Assembly: GCF_009914755.1 (NCBI RefSeq)
Contig: NC_060927.1
Strand: one strand, 5' to 3'
DNA: 64,000 bases
DNA from: the human T2T-CHM13v2.0 reference genome, Homo sapiens
Below are positions 50,195 through 63,835 of the stretch, piece by piece. The notes below the pieces were generated by a model that was not told where the DNA came from, did not search any database, and saw only the letters and a list, made by a program, of their open reading frames with translations. Each line of letters begins with the position of its first letter. The first letter of the stretch is position 1. Position numbers and translations under genes: made by a program.

Positions 50195-50400
50195 TCTTGC
50201 AGTGTTCAAAACATTGTGTTGGGTAATAATGGAAACATATAGCTAAATAACACACAGTCCCTGACCTCAAGGGCTTACAATGTTGTGGAGAAAATAAGGC
50301 ATAAACACAAGTAGCACTGTAAAAATTTTTAGAGAGATACAGAATATTATAAGTGCCATAATCAGAATGGAACAAATCAAATGTAGATATAGGAGACCTT
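50195..50400 (-). mobile_element. L2 3' fragment
   Basis: ACACAGTCCCTGACCTCAAGGGCTTACAAT motif. Confidence 0.55.
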
Positions 50401-51049
50401 AGTGAGTCATAACAGATAAAATTATTTTCAAATGTTTTACATACATTTATTTTTTTGGATCTTTCAAAGTGGTTTTTTCATGACTAGAAATATCACACAA
50501 TGAGTATTTTTTGTTGTTGTTTTTAATGCTGTTGTAGTTTCCAGCAAAATAATTTGTGTATAAATTTTCACTATGGCTTCTATTTTAATATTTTGCAAGC
50601 TTTACTCTTTGAAGTTCAAAATTGTATTAACATAGCTACAGTTTTTTTAATCTAAATCAACTCAAAATTTATATTCTAGGAACTTATAAGAATCTAATAA
50701 TTCATTTAAAATAGGGCTAAAAAAAGAGAAGAGCATATTTTCAGAAGAGGTAATAAACTATAAGTAAACCTATTATAGGAATAAAAAATGCAATTCAACA
50801 TTTCATTAAAGTGTGATATTTTTCTATAAAATAAAAAGAATAAATAAAAAGCAGGAGACTCAATATATCCTAAAGTAATAAGAATATCTTTTGTGAAGCT
50901 AATTTTACTTGACAATGTCAGTATATCAAATGTTATTGAGCATATATATGACATATGTATATTTGCATACACACACACGCACACACACATCTCCTAAGGT
51001 ATGTGAATCCCATTTTTATTAAGCTTTTAAAAATATTTTTCTTAAAGAC

Positions 51050-52013
51050 AGAGAAGAAGAAAACAAAATACAGACACCCAACATGTGGTAATTATGTCTA
51101 GAGTTCAAAATATTACTAGCGCTAACAAAAAAAAAAGAAGTAACCTATAACCAGAAGAAAATAAGTCAATAGAAACAGATTCACATCTATCAAGTGATAA
51201 AATTAGTAGACAATGACATTAAAAAAGCTATTGTGTATATGCTTAATATGCCAAAACACTTAAAGGAAGTATGCATATAAATAAATATAAATAAATAAAT
51301 AGATACATACAGCAAAGAAAAATATAAATTTTAATGATAAAAAGTAAAAATATTAAATAGAAGTGAAGCAGACTATATACTGTAGAAGAAAAGAGAAGTG
51401 AACTTGAAGACAAAGCAATAAAAATATGCAAACTGAAATTCAGAGAGAAACAAACAAGCCAGCATAAAATCTGAGACAATATCAATTCTTCTGACATGAA
51501 TTTGAAGCACCAGAGGAGGAAAGACTAAAGGTGTCAGAAAAACTTAAAAAGAAATTATGACCAATTTATTTCTAAATTATAGAAAAACTATAGCCATATA
51601 TACTCAGGGCCTATTATATAGTAAATCATGCCTGGCTATCAACAATACAAAAATGTAAAAAAAAATGCAAAAACTTACAAAGGAGGATAAAAGGCAAAGA
51701 AAAACAAAACAAAACAAACAAACAAAAAACAGAAAAAAACATAGTATGAAAAGACAAGCAAGCATTAGTTTTACATTAGACACACAATAATACCAAACTA
51801 TAATTAGTATATTCAGGCATCCAATGAAAATAATAGACAAAATTCAAGGACATACAATGTAAGCTGACATATGAAAACTCTAAGAAATAATCTAAATAAA
51901 ATGTTAGACAAACTGAATTCAACAACACATTGAAACAATCATACAGCATATGCAAGCAGGGTTTATCCTTAGGATGCAAGGGTGATTCAACATATACAAA
52001 TCAATAAATGTGA
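51050..52013 (+). mobile_element. Old L1M ORF1/ORF2 fragments
   Basis: AGTCAATAGAAACAGA...AGTGAACTTGAAGACA (ORF1-like); GGGTTTATCCTTAGGATGCAAGGGTGATTCAACATATACAAATCAATAAATGTGA (ORF2-like). Confidence 0.7.
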
Positions 52014-52014
52014 A

Positions 52015-52348
52015 TGTGTTAATCCCTTTGCATTCCCATAAAGAAATATCTGAGGCTGAGTAATTTTTAAAGAAAATAGGTTTATTTTGGCTTATGGTTC
52101 TACAGGCTGAACAGAAAACATAGCACCAGAATTTACTCCTGGTGAGGGCCTCAGGAAGCTTCCAGTCATGGTGGAAGGGGAAGGGGGAGCAGGTGCCTCA
52201 CACGGTAAGAGGGGGAACCAGAGAGAGAAAAAAGGGAGATGCCACCATTTTTTAAACAACCAAATCTCACTGTGAACTCAGAGCCAGAACTCATTATGGA
52301 GAGGAGACCACCAAGCCATTTATAAAGAATATGGCCCCACTACCCAAC
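52015..52348 (-). mobile_element. MSTB-type MaLR LTR, truncated
   Basis: ATAAAGAAATATCTGAGGCTG...GGTGAGGGCCTCAGGAAGCTTCCAGTCATGGTGGAAGG. Confidence 0.85.
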
Positions 52349-55300
52349 AGAAAGGAATCGAATGTCTTGAGGGAAAAGACCCAGAGTGGGAAGCATTCAT
52401 CACCTGCTAACCTAAGAGCCCTTGGACCTGAGTAACTGGCAGTAATTCCCAGGTAATACTATACAGAGGGCATTGACTGAGTCTCTGAGATGAGCTGGCT
52501 TCAGGGGAGACTCAGCACATAACCAGCTATTGTGGCTATAGGTCAAAATTCATACTGTTTGAGAAAAGTAGAGGGAAAAGTAAATAGGACTTTATCTTAG
52601 GCCACGAGTACCAGCACAGCCACAGAGGGGTAGAACACCAAGTGGGCTCTTGGGGTCCGTGATACCAGGACTTGACTATTAGTTGGCATTTCTGGAACTG
52701 CCCTACTCCAGAGGGGAGCCCACTGTCCTGAAGAGTGAGTCCCAGATCAGGTAGTATTCACAACCAACTGACTTAAGAGCCCTTGGTTCTTAACAGAACA
52801 TCTGTGAAGTATTCCTCGATGCCTGGAGTGGTTATGGCTACCGAGTGAGGCTCCTCTGCCGTTGGGAAAGGGAGGAAAGAGTGAGAAAGACTGCATCTTG
52901 TGGTTTGACTGCCAGCTCAGCCACAATAGAATACAACACCAGGTAAACTTCCAAGATTTTTTATTCTAGCCCCTGATTCCCAGACACCACCTCTGGACTC
53001 ACCCAGGGACTGGGGAACCTCACTGCCCTGAAGGGAAGAACTCAGGTCTAGATGTTTTTGCCACTGGCAGACGGTAGAGCCCCAGGGCCTGCAGTGAACG
53101 TAGACAAAATCCAGAGAGTGATTATAGCAGACATTGGGCAAGACCCAGTGCTGTGCTGGCTTCAGGTCTGACCCAGTGCATTCACACTGGTGGGGGCCAA
53201 AAGGATGCGTGTATTACTCTACCCAAAGCTTTGCATGGCTAAGAACAGAGAGAGAGACTCTGTTTATTTTAGAGAAAGTAAGGGCAGAGAACAAGAATCT
53301 CTGACTGGTAATCCAGAAAATTCTCCAGGATCTTGTTCAAGACCATCAAAGTGGAACCTGCATGAGTCCTCAAGAACCAGAGCATTAATGGGCTTCTGGT
53401 GCTTCCTAAAGCAGATACGGCTTAGATCACAACACTCAAGTTCTTTCAAATGTCTGGAAAGCCTTCCCAATAATGACAAGTACAAATAAGCCCAAATAGT
53501 GAAGACAACAATAAATACCCTACTTCAATGCCAAGGCATTGAAGAACATCTATTACTATCAACACCATCCAAAAAAAGAAAAAACATGACTTTACCCAAT
53601 TAACTAAGTAAGACACCAAGGAACAATCCTGGAGAAACAGCAACCTTCCTGAAAGATAAGTCAAAATAGCTTTGTTGATGAAACTCAAAGAAATTTAAGA
53701 TAACATAGAGTAGGAATTCAGAATTTTGTCAGATAAATTTAAGAGATTGAAATAATTAAAAACAATTACACTTAAGTTCTGGAGCTGAAAATGCAATTGG
53801 CATGCTGAATTAAGCAATGGGGTTCTTTTATAGCACATTTGATCAAGCAGAAGAAAGAAATGGTGAACATGAAAAATTTGAAATTTGAAATTTAGCAATT
53901 TTCAATGCTATTTGAAAATATACAGTCAGAGGAGACAAAAGAAACAAGAATAAAAACAGTGAAGCACACATACAGGATCTAGAAAATAGGCTCAACAGGA
54001 GAAATCTAAGACTTACTGGCCTTAAAGAGGAGGTAGAGAAAGACAGGATTAAAAAATTTTATTCAGAGGGATAATAACTTCACAAACCTAGTGAAATATA
54101 TCAATATTCAAATATAAGAAAGTTATAGAACACCAAGCAGATTTAAGCCAATGAAGAATACCTGAAGGCACTTAATAATCAAACTCCCAAAATTTAAGGA
54201 TAAAGAAAGAATCCTAAAAGCAGTAACAGAAAAGAAACAAATAAGATACAATGGAGCTCCAATGTGTTTGGCTGCAAACTTTTCAGTGGAAACCTTACAG
54301 ACCAGGAGAGAGTTGAATTACATATTTAAAGTGCTGAAGGAAAAAATACCCTAGAATAGTGTACCTTGAAAAAATATCTTTCATACATAAAGGAAAATAA
54401 GACTTTCCCAGGAAAATAAGACTTTCCCAGGCAAACAAAATATGAAGGATTTCATCAACACCAGACTTTTCCTACAAGAAATGTTAAAGGGAATACTTCA
54501 ATCAGAAAGAAAAAGATATTAATGAGCAATAAGAAATCATCTGAAGATACAAATCTCACTGGTAATAGTAAGTACACAAAAAACACAGAATATTATAACA
54601 CTGTAACTGTCATGTGTAAACTGCTTTTATTCTGAGTAGAAAGAATAAATGATGAAGCAATAAAGAGTAATAAGTGCAACAACTTTTCAAGACAGGGTTA
54701 GCACAATAAGATATAAATAGAACCAAAAGTTAAAAAGCATAGAGACAAAGATAAAGCATCGAGTTTTTATTGGCTTACTTTTTGATTGTTTGTTTATGCA
54801 AACAGTGTTAAGTTGTTATCAAGTTAAGATAATGGGTTATAAGGTAGTATTTCCAAGCCTCGTAGCAACATCAAACCAAAACACATGAATGGATACACAA
54901 AGAATAAAAAGCAAGAAACTAAATAATATCACCAGAGAAATGTACCTTCACTAAAGGAAGACAGGAGGGGAAGAAAGAAGGAAGAGAAGATAACAAAGTA
55001 AACATTATATAAATGACAAAATAGCAGGAGTAAGATTTTACTTATCAGTAATAACATTAAATGTAAATGGACTAAACTCTCCAATCAAAAGACATAGAGT
55101 GTCTGAATGAATAAAAAACAGCACCCATTAGTCTGTTGCTTACAAGAAACATTATTCACCTGTAAAGACACACTTAGAATGAAAATAAAGAGCTAGAAAA
55201 AATATATCCCATGCCAATGGAAATTTAAAAAGAGAAGGACTCACTATTCTTATATCAGACAAAATAGAGTTCAAGACAAAAACTATAAGAAGAGACACAG

Positions 55301-58300
55301 AAGGTTACTATATAAGGATAAAGGGGTCAATACAGTAAGAAGGTATAACAATTTTAAATATATATGCACCCAAAACTGGTGCACACAGATATATAAAGCA
55401 AATATTATTAAAGCTAAAGAGAGATACAGGCTCTGATATAATAATAGCTGAAGAGTTCAGCACCCCACTTTCAGCATTTGACAGATTGTCCAAATATTAG
55501 CCTTAATTGGCTCTATCGACCAAATAGATCTGTTAGATATTTACAAAACATTTTATTCAAGAGTTGCAGGACACACATTCTTTTACCCAGCACATGGATA
55601 ATCCTCAAGGATAGACCGTATGTTTGATCCCAAAACAAATCTAAAAACATTCAGAAACATTGAAATATCAAACAACTTCTCAAACACAATGGAATAAAAT
55701 TAGAAATTAATAAGAAGAGAAATTTTGAAAACTATACAAAAACATGGATATTAAACAATGTGCTCCTCAATGAACAGTTGTTCAATGAAGAAATTAAGAA
55801 GAAAATTGAAAAATTTATTGAACCAAATGATAATGGAAACACAACATACCCAAACCTGTGGGATACAGCAACAACAGTACTCAGAGGAAAGTTTATAGCT
55901 ATAAGTCCCTCCATCGAAAGAAACAAACAAAAAAACTTTAAGTAAACAATCTAATGAGGCTTTCAGTAAAATAGAAAAGCAAGAGCAAACCAAACCCAAA
56001 ATCACTATAAGAAACTAAAAGGAAAAAAAAGAGAAAAGACACAAATAAATAAAATGAGAAGTGAAAAAAGAGGCATTACATCTGACACTGCAGAAATTCA
56101 AAGGATCATTAGTGGTCACTATGAGCAACTATATGTTGATAAGTTGAAAATCTAGAAAAAATGTACAAATTTCCAGATGCATACAAACTACCAGGATTAA
56201 ACCAGGACCAGGAAGAAATCTAAAACCTGAACAGATCAATATCAAGTAATGTGATTGACATCATAATAAAATGTCTCCCCTAAAGAAAAGCCTGGAACCC
56301 AATGACTTCAGTGCTGAATTCTATCAAACATCTAATGAAAAACTAATACTAATCCTACTCAAACTATTCCAAAAAATATAAGTGGAGGCAATGCTTCCAA
56401 ACTTAATTTATGAGGATTTATGAGGCCGGTATTACCCCGATACCAAAACCAGACAAAGATACATCAAGAAAAGGAAACCACAGGTCAATATCTCTGATGA
56501 ATAGTGAATCAAAAATTCTCAAGAAAATTTAACAATGTATTAGAAAGATTATTTATCATGACCAAGTGAGATTTATCCCTGAGATGCATGGATGATTCAA
56601 CATGTGCAAATAAACAATGTGATATATCAACAGAGTGAAGGATAACAACCATATGATTACTGCAACTGATGCTGAATAAGCATTTGATAAAATTCAACAT
56701 TTGTTCATGATAAAAACTCTCAAAAACCTGGGGATAGAATGAACACAACTAAGCACAATAAAAGACATATATAATATTCCCACATCAACTATCATATTGA
56801 ATTGGAAGAAACTGAAAAGCTTTCCTCCAAGATACGCTTATCTCCAAAATGTAATCCCATTTATAGCTGGACATGGTGGCTCACGTGTATAATCCCAGCA
56901 CTTTGGGAGGCTGAGGCAGGTGTATCACTTGAGGTCAGGAGTTTAAGACCAGTCTGGCCAACATGGAAAACCCCTGTCTATACTAAAAATACCAAAAAAA
57001 AAAAAAAAATTAGCCAGGTGTTGTGGCACACACCTTTAATCCCAGCTACTGGGGAGGCTGAGGCAGGAAAATAACTTGAACCAAGGAAGCAGAGGTTGCA
57101 GTGAGCTGAGATCATGGCACTGCACTTCAGCCTGGGTGACAAAGTGGGACTTCAACTCAAAAAAAAAAAAAAAGGTAATCCCATTTATAATAGCCACCCG
57201 TAAAATTAAATACCTAGGAATTAATTTCACCAAGGAAGTAAAAGATCTGTATAATAAACACTAGAAGACACTAATGAATGAAATTGAAGGGGGCACCAAA
57301 AAATAGAAAAATATTCCAAGTTCATGGACTGGAAGAATCAATGTTGTGAAAATGTACACATTACCCAAAGCAATTAACACATTCAATGCAATACCTATCA
57401 GTATACCAATGGCATCCTACACAGAAATAGAAAAAAAATTCTAAAATTTATATGGACCCACAAAAGGCCCAGTGTAGCCAACAATATCCTAAGCAAACAA
57501 AACAAAACAACAACAACAAAAAAAAAAAAATAAAAAACTGTAGTAATCACATGACCTGATTTCAAATTATATTACAGAGCTGTAATAACCAAAATAGCAT
57601 GGTATTGGCATAAAAACAGACACATATACCAATGGAACAGAATAATGAACCCAGAAACAAGACCATACACCTACAGTGAACTCATTTTCAAAAAAGGTGC
57701 AAAGAACATACACTGAGAAAAAGTTTCTTCAGTATATGGTGCCAGGAAAACTGAATAGCCATATGCCCAAGAATGAAACTAGACCTGTATCTCTCACCAT
57801 ATATAAAAATCAAATCAAAATGTCTGAAAGATGTAAATCTAAGGCCTCAAATCATGAAACTCCTACAAGAAAATTTGGGAAAAATCTCCAGGACATTGGT
57901 CTAGGCAAACCTTTTTCAAGCAATACTCCACAAATTAGCCAACCAAAACAAAAATGGACAAATGGGGTCACATCAAGTTAAAAAAGCTTCTGTACAACAA
58001 AGGAAACAATCAACAAAGTGGCAAGGCAAGCCACAGAATGGAACAAGATATTTGCAAACTACCTATCTGACAATGAATTACTAACCAGAATATATAAGGA
58101 GCTCAAAAAACTCTATAGAAAAAAATCTAATAATCTGATCAAAACCAGGCAAAAGATCTTAAAGGACATGTCTCAAAAGAAGACACAAATGGCAAACAGG
58201 CATACAAAAAGGTGCTCAAAATCACTGATCAGAGAAATGTAAATTAAAACCACAATGAGATATTATTTCACTTCAGTTAAGATAACTTTTATTCAAAAGA

Positions 58301-59147
58301 GAGGCAATAACAAATGGTAGAGAGGATGTGGAGAAAAGAGAACCATCATACACTGTTGGTCATAATATAAATTAGTACAACCACCATGGAGAATAGTTTG
58401 GAGGTTCCTCAAAAAACTAAAAATTGTGCTACTATATGGTTTAGCAAACCCACTGCTCAAAACATTTTAAAAAATCAGTATAACAATTTATATATCCAAA
58501 AGAAAGGTAATCAGTGTATCAAAGTGATATCTGTATGTCTATATTTGTTTGCAGCACTCTTTACAGCAGCTAAGATTTGGAAACCTAAGTGCCCATCATC
58601 AACTGATGAATGGATAAAGAAAATTTGTCACATATACACATGGAGTTCTATTCAGCCATTTAAAAAAAATGCTAGTTATTTGCAACAGCATGAATGAAAC
58701 TGGGGGTCACTATGTTGAGTTAAATACGCCTGGCACAGAAAGAAAAACATTGCATGTTTTCACTTATTTGTGGAATATGAAAATTAAAACAATTGAACTG
58801 ATGGTCATAAAGTGTAGTAGGGTGGTTACCAGAGGCTTGGAAGTGTACTGGGGGTCTGGGTGGGGGAGGTAAGGATGGATAATGAGTACAAAATATAGTT
58901 AGAAAGAATGAATAAGACCTACTATTTAATAGCACAACAGGGTGTCTATAATCAATAATAATTTTACTGTACATTTTGAAATAAAGAGTGTAATTGGATT
59001 GTTTGTAACTTAAAGGATAAATGCTTGAGGGAATGAATATCCAATTCCCCATGATGTGCTTATTTCACATTGCAGGCTGTATCAAAACATCTCATGTACT
59101 TCATAAATATATATACCTACTATGTACCCACAAAATTAAGAATAAAA
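52349..59147 (+). mobile_element. Near full-length L1MA1-3-type LINE-1, degenerate, with internal deletions and an Alu insertion
   Basis: L1M1-type 5' UTR, ORF1 ~53560-54520, ORF2 from ~55015 (ACATTAAATGTAAATGGACTAAACTCTCCAATC), 3' end CTACTATGTACCCACAAAATTAAGAATAAAA; the RT catalytic region appears deleted near 56835. Confidence 0.9.
56866..57174 (+). mobile_element. AluS (Sx/Sz-like) inside L1MA
   Basis: Full dimer; perfect 15-bp TSD GTAATCCCATTTATA at 56851-56865 and 57175-57189. Confidence 0.95.
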
Positions 59148-59780
59148 ATGTCTATACTACCCAATGTGATCTGCAAATTTAATGCAATCCTTATCAAAAT
59201 CCCAATTGCAATTTATACAGAAATAGAAAAAAAATTGAAAATCCATGTGAAACTACAAAAGACCCTCAATAGCCAACAACACATTTCTGAGCAAAAAGAA
59301 CAAAGCTGGAGGCATAATACTACCTGAGTTTAAAATATATTACAAAGTGACAATAATCAAGACAGTATGGCACTTCCATAAGAATAGACACATAGACCAA
59401 TGGAACAGTATAGAGAGACCAGAAACACACCAAGGCATACATGGTCAACTGGCCTTTGACAAGGTAGCTAAGAATACACAATGGAGAAAAGATAGTCTTT
59501 TCAACAAATAGTGTTGGAAAAATTGGATATCCACATGCAAAAGAATACAATTGGGCCCTTATCTTACACCATAAATAAAAATGGCCTCAACATGTTTTAA
59601 AGACATAAGCCTAAGGTGAGAAACATCACAATTTAAAGAAGAAAACACAGTAGAAAAAGCTTCTTGACATTGGCTTTAGCAGTGATTTCTTGAATATGAC
59701 ATTAAAGGCACACGCAACAAAAGCAAAAGTAAACAAGTGACACTGAATACAACAAAAAAGTTTCTACACAGCAATATACA
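59148..59780 (+). mobile_element. Older L1 (L1MB-like) ORF2 fragment
   Basis: AAATTTAATGCAATCCTTATCAAAATCCCAA...ATAGACCAATGGAACAG...TCAACAAATAGTGTTGGAAAAATTGGATATCCACATGCAAAAGAAT. Confidence 0.8.
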
Positions 59781-60177
59781 ACTCAATTTTGATAAAAAAC
59801 TGTAGTTAGCATCAGACTCCACAGGTTTAAGGGCAAAGTCCTCTACAGTGTTAAGATGCCAGCCACACTTCACTGGTTCCCAGGCCACCTGCACTTTTGA
59901 CCAGCTAGCTATAAATTCAGAGATTTCCCATTATGCTCATAGGTTCAATAATTTATTCAATTGACTCAAAGAACTCAGGGAAAGTGCTATAATTATGATG
60001 ACAGCTTTATTATAAAGGACACACATAGAGAGACATCTGAAAGGGTCCTAGACACAGATATTTTTATCCTCTCCCTAAGGAATTAGAGTGTATCACCCTT
60101 CAGCTATCAATATATTTATCAACCATGAAGCTCGAATGAGCTTTGAGTCCAAGGTTTTTATCAGAGTTTCCTTTATA

Positions 60178-63015
60178 AAAAAATTTTGTATTTTTTGTGG
60201 GGACATAGCAGATACATATATATTTATGAGGTACATGAGATATTTTGATACAGTCATGCAATGCATAATAATTACATCATAGAAAATTGAGCATCCATAT
60301 ACTTAATCATTTAACCTTTCTGTTACAAACAATAATCCAATTATATTCTTTACTTTGAAATATACAATTAAATTATTAGTGAATATAGTCACCCTTTTGT
60401 GCTATCAAATAGTAAATTCATTATTTCTACTTTTTATTGTACCTATTAAACATCCCTATTTCCCCCCCCCCCCAACTACACTTTCCAACCTCTGGTAGCC
60501 ATGCTTCTACTCTCTATCTTCTTCAGTTCAATTGTTTTGATTTTTAGATCTCACAAATAAGTGATAACATAATGCTGTTTGTTTTTCTGTGCCTGTCTTA
60601 TTTTATATAACATAATGACCTCCATTTTCATCTGTGGTGTTGCAAATAACTAGATCTCATTCTTTTTTATGGTAGAATATTACTCCATTGTATATAAGTA
60701 CCACATTTTTTAATCTATTTGTCTGTTGATGGTTATTTAGGTTGCTTTCATATCTTAGCTATTGTGAACAGTGCTGAAATAAACATGGAAGTATGGATAT
60801 CTCTTTGATGTACTAATTTCCCTTCTTTTGTGGATATACCCAGTAGTGAGATTGCTGTATCATATGGTAGTTCTATTTTTAGTTTTTGAGGAACTTCCAA
60901 ACTATTCTTCATAGTGATTGTACTAACTTATATTCCGACCAACAGTGTATGGAGGGTTCTCTTCTCTCCACATCCTCTCCAGCATTTGGTATTGCTTGTC
61001 TTCTGAATAAAAGCCATCTTAAATGTAGTGAGATAGTAACTATTGTGGTTTTGATTTGCATTTCCCACCAGGGGTCATGCAGCATGGAGAGTCTGCACCT
61101 GCATTTCTCTAATGAGCAATGATTTTGAGCACCTTTTTTTTAATGTCATTTGTGTCTTCTTTTGAGAAATATCCTTTAAAATCTTTTGTCCATTTTTGAT
61201 CAGATTATTAAATGTTTTCCTATAGAGTTGTTTGAGCTATATGTTCTGGTTATTAATCCAATGTCAGTTATGTAGTTTGCAAATATTTTCTTCTATTCTG
61301 TGGCTTGCTTCTCCACTTTGTTTCCTTTGTTGTACAGAAGCTTTTTAAGTTGATGTGATTTCATTTGTCTATTTTTGCTTTGGCTGCCTGTGTTTTTGAG
61401 GTATTGCTCAATAAATTTTTGTCTAGCCCAATGTCCTTGAGAGTTTCTTCAATATTTTCTTGTAGTGATTTCCTAGTTTGATATCTTAGATTTAAGACTC
61501 TAAGACATTTTGATTTGACTTTCGTATATGGAGAGAGACAGAGGTCAAGTTTCATTATTCCACATATGAATATCCAGTTTTCCTAACACTATTTATTGAA
61601 GAGACTCTCCTTTCTTTAATGTATGTTCTTGTCATCTTTTTTGAAAATGAACTCACTTTAGGTATATAGATTTGTTTCCATGTTTTCTATTCTATTCCAT
61701 TTGTTTACGTGTCTGCTTTTATGCCAGGACCATGCTGTTTTGCTTATTATAGCTCTGTAGTATAATTTGAAGTCAAGCAATGTAATTCTTCCAGTTTTGC
61801 TTGTTTTGCTCAGGATAACTTTGACTATGCTGGTTGTCCCAAATATCATTCTCATTTGTTTAAAAATGTCCTTTTTAATTTCTTCACTGATCCGGTAGTC
61901 ATTCAGGAGCATATGTTTAAGTTGCCATGTCTTTATATAGTTTCCAAAAGTCCTCTCAGTGTGGCTTGCCAAGAAACTCGAGTTCTGACCAGTAGGATGG
62001 GTGATTCTTTTATGGCTAGCTCTGGTCCAAACGTTCCCTCCACGCACAGGCACTGGCTAAGCCCAGCATGGCTTTCTTCTCTACTATTGACAGGGCAGCA
62101 CTGACATCAATGTAATGTTTTCCAGTTACTGTACTTTTCTTCCTCCTGGTGCAGACTCTTCATGCTGCATGGCCCCTGGTGGGAGATGAGGGAATGGTGG
62201 CATTAAAAATTCAAAACTATCTTTCTGACCCTCCTCAATGCCTGTTTCAACAATATGAAATTAAAATCAGGTACTGAGATTACTCACCTGATTTTTTATT
62301 CTCATGGTGGTGCTTTTCCATGTGCAGATAATTGTGTAGGATATAATAAATTCCTCTTCAAAGGTTTTAGCCTGTAAATTGTAAAATACAATGAGTTCGG
62401 AGATCCTCTGCAAGGAACCAATGTATCAGTATATTCACCTCCCCTGTTCTTTGTTCTTCATTTTAAAGTTTAACTTCCTCATTCACTTCATCTCCTTGCC
62501 CCTAGTTTCAGAAAAAAAATCCTCCTATCCTCTATCACCTGCTCCATCCTGAGTCACCCCTGGTCACCTGCTCCATCCTGAGTCAACCCTGGTCACTTGC
62601 TCTGACCTGAGTCATCCTGAGTCACCTGTTCTCTAAGTGCCCTTCCTGCCAAACTACTCACCCCACCACTCTGACTCGTACCCCTGCTCTGTTTAAAATA
62701 GCCAGTCAGAATTAGCTTAGACTGTGTGGTCCAACCCTAGCCAATAGGGGAACAACACAGCAGTAGAGGCTACCTGTATCAGGAATAAAAAGACCTTCCA
62801 CTCCTTGTTCAGGTGTGCTCTCACCATTGCTCCATCCGCGAGTTGCACCCTTCTATAGAAGTAAAAATTACCTTGATGAGAAAATTAAATTTATATTCGA
62901 GTGCTATTTCTTTTGTGGCACTGAAAATTTATTTATAACAGTTGTTAAAATTTGGTATTCCTAAGTGAAGTATGAATGTAGTAGCCTTTCATTCCTCCAC
63001 CTTGCTACACCCTCA
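60178..63015 (-). mobile_element. L1MA-type element with both termini and large internal deletions
   Basis: 3' UTR/ORF2 C-terminus 60178-~61835, short ORF2 N-terminal piece ~61840-61955, 5' UTR ~61956-63015 ending in the reverse complement of GAGGGTGTAGCAAGGTGGAGGAATGAAAGGCT. Confidence 0.8.
62335..62940 (+). mobile_element. LTR10-family (HERV-I) solo LTR with an AP-1 tandem array
   Basis: TGTAGG...AAATTCCTCTTCAAAG...AACCAATGTATCAGTAT...TTTTAAAGTTTAACTTCCTC...TTTATAACA; 4-bp TSD ATTG/GTTG; four TGAGTCA; AGCCAAT at 62739-62745. Confidence 0.8.
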
Positions 63016-63354
63016 TTTACTAGGATATTATTACATAAGCATGTTTAATTAAATCATTGGTCATATAATTAAACTTAATCTCTAATCCTCTTTCCCTTTC
63101 CTTGGAGGGTGGCAAGTAAAATAGCCATCTCTCTAAACATGTGCTTGGTCTTGCTGGGGTGTCCTGCCATTATCCTGAGACATTTTGTTAGCATAAACTA
63201 CCTGAGGACCACCCTGGATCACCTCATTAGCATAAATTATCAGGACCCACCACTTATAACAAAGAACTTCTATCACTCAGGAAATTCTAATGATTTAGGG
63301 TTTCCTTACTAAGAACTTGAAATATTTGCCAGTTATCTTCCTCATTATGCAACG

Positions 63355-63790
63355 TGTTTATACAAGAAATGTATGGATGTTTCAGTATTAGAAAATCTAC
63401 TGATAGGATTCACTGAAATAACAGCTCTAAATAGGAAAATTTATAAAATTATCTTCATAGATTTTTAGATGCTGACAAAGACTTTTATCAGATTCAACAC
63501 ATATTCACTCTAATAACTCCTGGGAAAATAGGAATGGATGGCATATATCCACATAAATATGCACTTATGTGTATGATCTCTAAAATTAACTTGTGATTTT
63601 AATCCAATTCCAGTGAGTTTTCACATTGAGCTAGACAAATTGATCTTAAAGTTTATATGGAAAAAAAAGTGTTGGGAGGCAGATTCAAGTATCTTTGTGC
63701 AAACATTTGTCTTTTCAAAGCATGTTTTTGTGCCATATATTTAAAAATAAAATTAAAGCAATAAGAATAAAAAGTGGAGAAAACTAGTAG
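63355..63790 (+). mobile_element. Old L1ME ORF2 fragments
   Basis: TAGATGCTGACAAAGACTTTTATCAGATTCAACAC; GACAAATTGATCTTAAAGTTTATATGGAA. Confidence 0.55.
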
Positions 63791-63835
63791 TACAGAAAAG
63801 AAACTTAAAACAGTGAACCTAATAGTATTTCCAAT

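Larger units (their letters stand above)
59790..63350 (-). mobile_element. MER21-type LTR in two halves (59790-60175, 63020-63350) split by an L1MA
   Basis: TTAGCATCAGACTCCACAGGTTTAAGGGC...CCCAGGCCACCTGCACTT...GAACTCAGGGAAAG; resumes TAAATCATTGG...CCTCATTAGCATAAA...TCACTCAGGAAATTC. Confidence 0.75.

Noticed and set aside
54391-54428. 19-bp tandem duplication in L1MA ORF1 (similar small duplications near 47392 and 56408)
   Set aside because: Ordinary slippage micro-duplications in neutrally decaying sequence.
62536-62624. 29-bp repeats as a CRISPR-like array
   Set aside because: Units are directly adjacent with no unique spacers, lie inside an LTR, and the DNA is primate.
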